Shown piece after piece: positions 62,881 through 64,000 of a stretch of 64,000 nt of DNA; the stretch's first letter is position 1; each line of letters starts with the position of its first letter. Under the pieces are notes generated by a model, which saw only the letters and a list, made by a program, of their open reading frames with translations, did no database searches and had not been told where the DNA came from. Source of the stretch: an uncultured Hormoscilla sp. GTDB taxonomy: Bacteria; Cyanobacteriota; Cyanobacteriia; Cyanobacteriales; Desertifilaceae. The stretch covers positions 640,001 to 704,000 of the forward strand of contig OZ001293.3 of the NCBI GenBank assembly GCA_963921275.4, given 5' to 3'. The translations under genes were made by a program, and so were the position numbers.

Positions 62881-63273
62881 TGGCGTTTCCTCGAATCCTA
62901 TCTTTTATCATAACTAATAGCCAGCACCATTGTCAAGGTAATTCACAAAAATATCTTTCGATGTCTTCGGGATGCTTCGCAAAAACCCCGAAGACATCGC
63001 TGACACATATGGGATCGCATCTGGTCGGCGCACAAATCTTAAACATTACTGGTTCCCACTGGCGACCCTTGGGAACGCAAACCAGAGGCTCTGCCTCCAG
63101 GAGCGAAAGCTGTAATCAACTGGAGGCAGAGCCTCGAAAATTAGCGTAGCGTGTTCCCAGCCAGAGACTGGGAACTTCGATATCTCTGCCAGAGTTCTTG
63201 TTCCAGGGGACTCGGCACACAGGAGACATCGAGGTAACCTACAGATGGTTTGAACTGCCGAATGATTACAAAC

Positions 63274-64000
63274 CTAATCGCCAATGATAGGCGATCGCAT
63301 GAACAAAGTCGAAGTATCCTGGAAAGCCACAGAAGTATTTGGCATCAGAGTCGGGACCGAGTTTCGCAACCGGGCCGTCAACTGCACCGTTGTAGCATCG
63401 TACAGCTGGGTAACCATTTTAGGATACAAACCAATCCCAATAATTGGCACCAACAAACAAGCAATAATGAATACTTCACGCGGTTCAGCATCTATCAGCG
63501 CTTCATGTTCAACTAACTCCTTGTTTTCCGGTCCGTAGCAGATCTCCCGGATCATAGATAGCAAGTAGATCGGAGTCAAGATCACGCCTACAGCGGCCAG
63601 GAAGACCACCACCACCTTAAAGGTTGAACTGTAGGCATCGCTAGTAGAAAAGCCGAGAAACACCATGACCTCGGCCACAAACCCACTCATTCCCGGCAAT
63701 GCCAAAGATGCCATAGAACAAGCAGTCCACATAGCGAAAACCTTGCGCATCTTCTGGCCGACGCCCCCCATTTCATCTAACATCAGAGTATGCGTGCGAT
63801 CGTAAGTAGAACCCACTAGGAAGAACAAACTCGCCCCAATCAAACCGTGGGAAATCATTTGCATCACCGCACCGCTTAACCCTAGGTCAGTAAAAGAGGC
63901 AATGCCAATCAAAACAAAACCCATGTGGGAAATCGAAGAATAGGCAATTTTCCGCTTCAGGTTACGCTGGGCAAAGGAAGTCAGGGCAGCATAAACAATA
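63274..64000 (-). CDS. ndhD: NAD(P)H-quinone oxidoreductase subunit 4, partial (runs off the window)
   Basis: [33 protein letters not shown] and TPIYLLSM motifs. Confidence 0.95.
   Translation of the reverse strand, partial: IVYAALTSFAQRNLKRKIAYSSISHMGFVLIGIASFTDLGLSGAVMQMISHGLIGASLFFLVGSTYDRTHTLMLDEMGGVGQKMRKVFAMWTACSMASLALPGMSGFVAEVMVFLGFSTSDAYSSTFKVVVVFLAAVGVILTPIYLLSMIREICYGPENKELVEHEALIDAEPREVFIIACLLVPIIGIGLYPKMVTQLYDATTVQLTARLRNSVPTLMPNTSVAFQDTSTLFMRSPIIGD

Overview
This is a cyanobacterial chromosome segment, probably from a filamentous Oscillatoriales-type genome. The evidence is very frequent HIP1 GCGATCGC sites, a cph1-type phytochrome, ndhD, hemL, hisIE, Uma2 and XisH genes. Gene decay and mobile-DNA load are heavy. 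Intact-looking genes include four large membrane glycosyltransferase-like proteins, two tandem MFS transporters, hisIE, hemL, Uma2 nucleases and ndhD. Mobile content comprises seven group II introns, several IS elements, MITEs and a family of ~45-bp self-nesting hairpins that insert into coding sequences. Five introns belong to one ORF-less family with variable EBS1 loops and mostly non-AY 3' ends supported by gamma-gamma' covariation. One intron carries a frameshifted RT and hosts an ORF-less intron (twintron); one is an ORF-deleted relative of it. Highlights: an ORF-less intron with two tandem D5/D6 modules that splits a small gene missed by the ORF track; a ~450-bp toxin-like gene spread over 7.4 kb by nested insertions; an intron between an IS630 RBS and start codon; and a five-unit cluster of composite mini-elements at 59 kb. 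The 32-57 kb region is dominated by intact and broken toxin-antitoxin-like pairs. Some single-base frameshifts could be sequencing errors. All family names come from motif recognition, not database searches.
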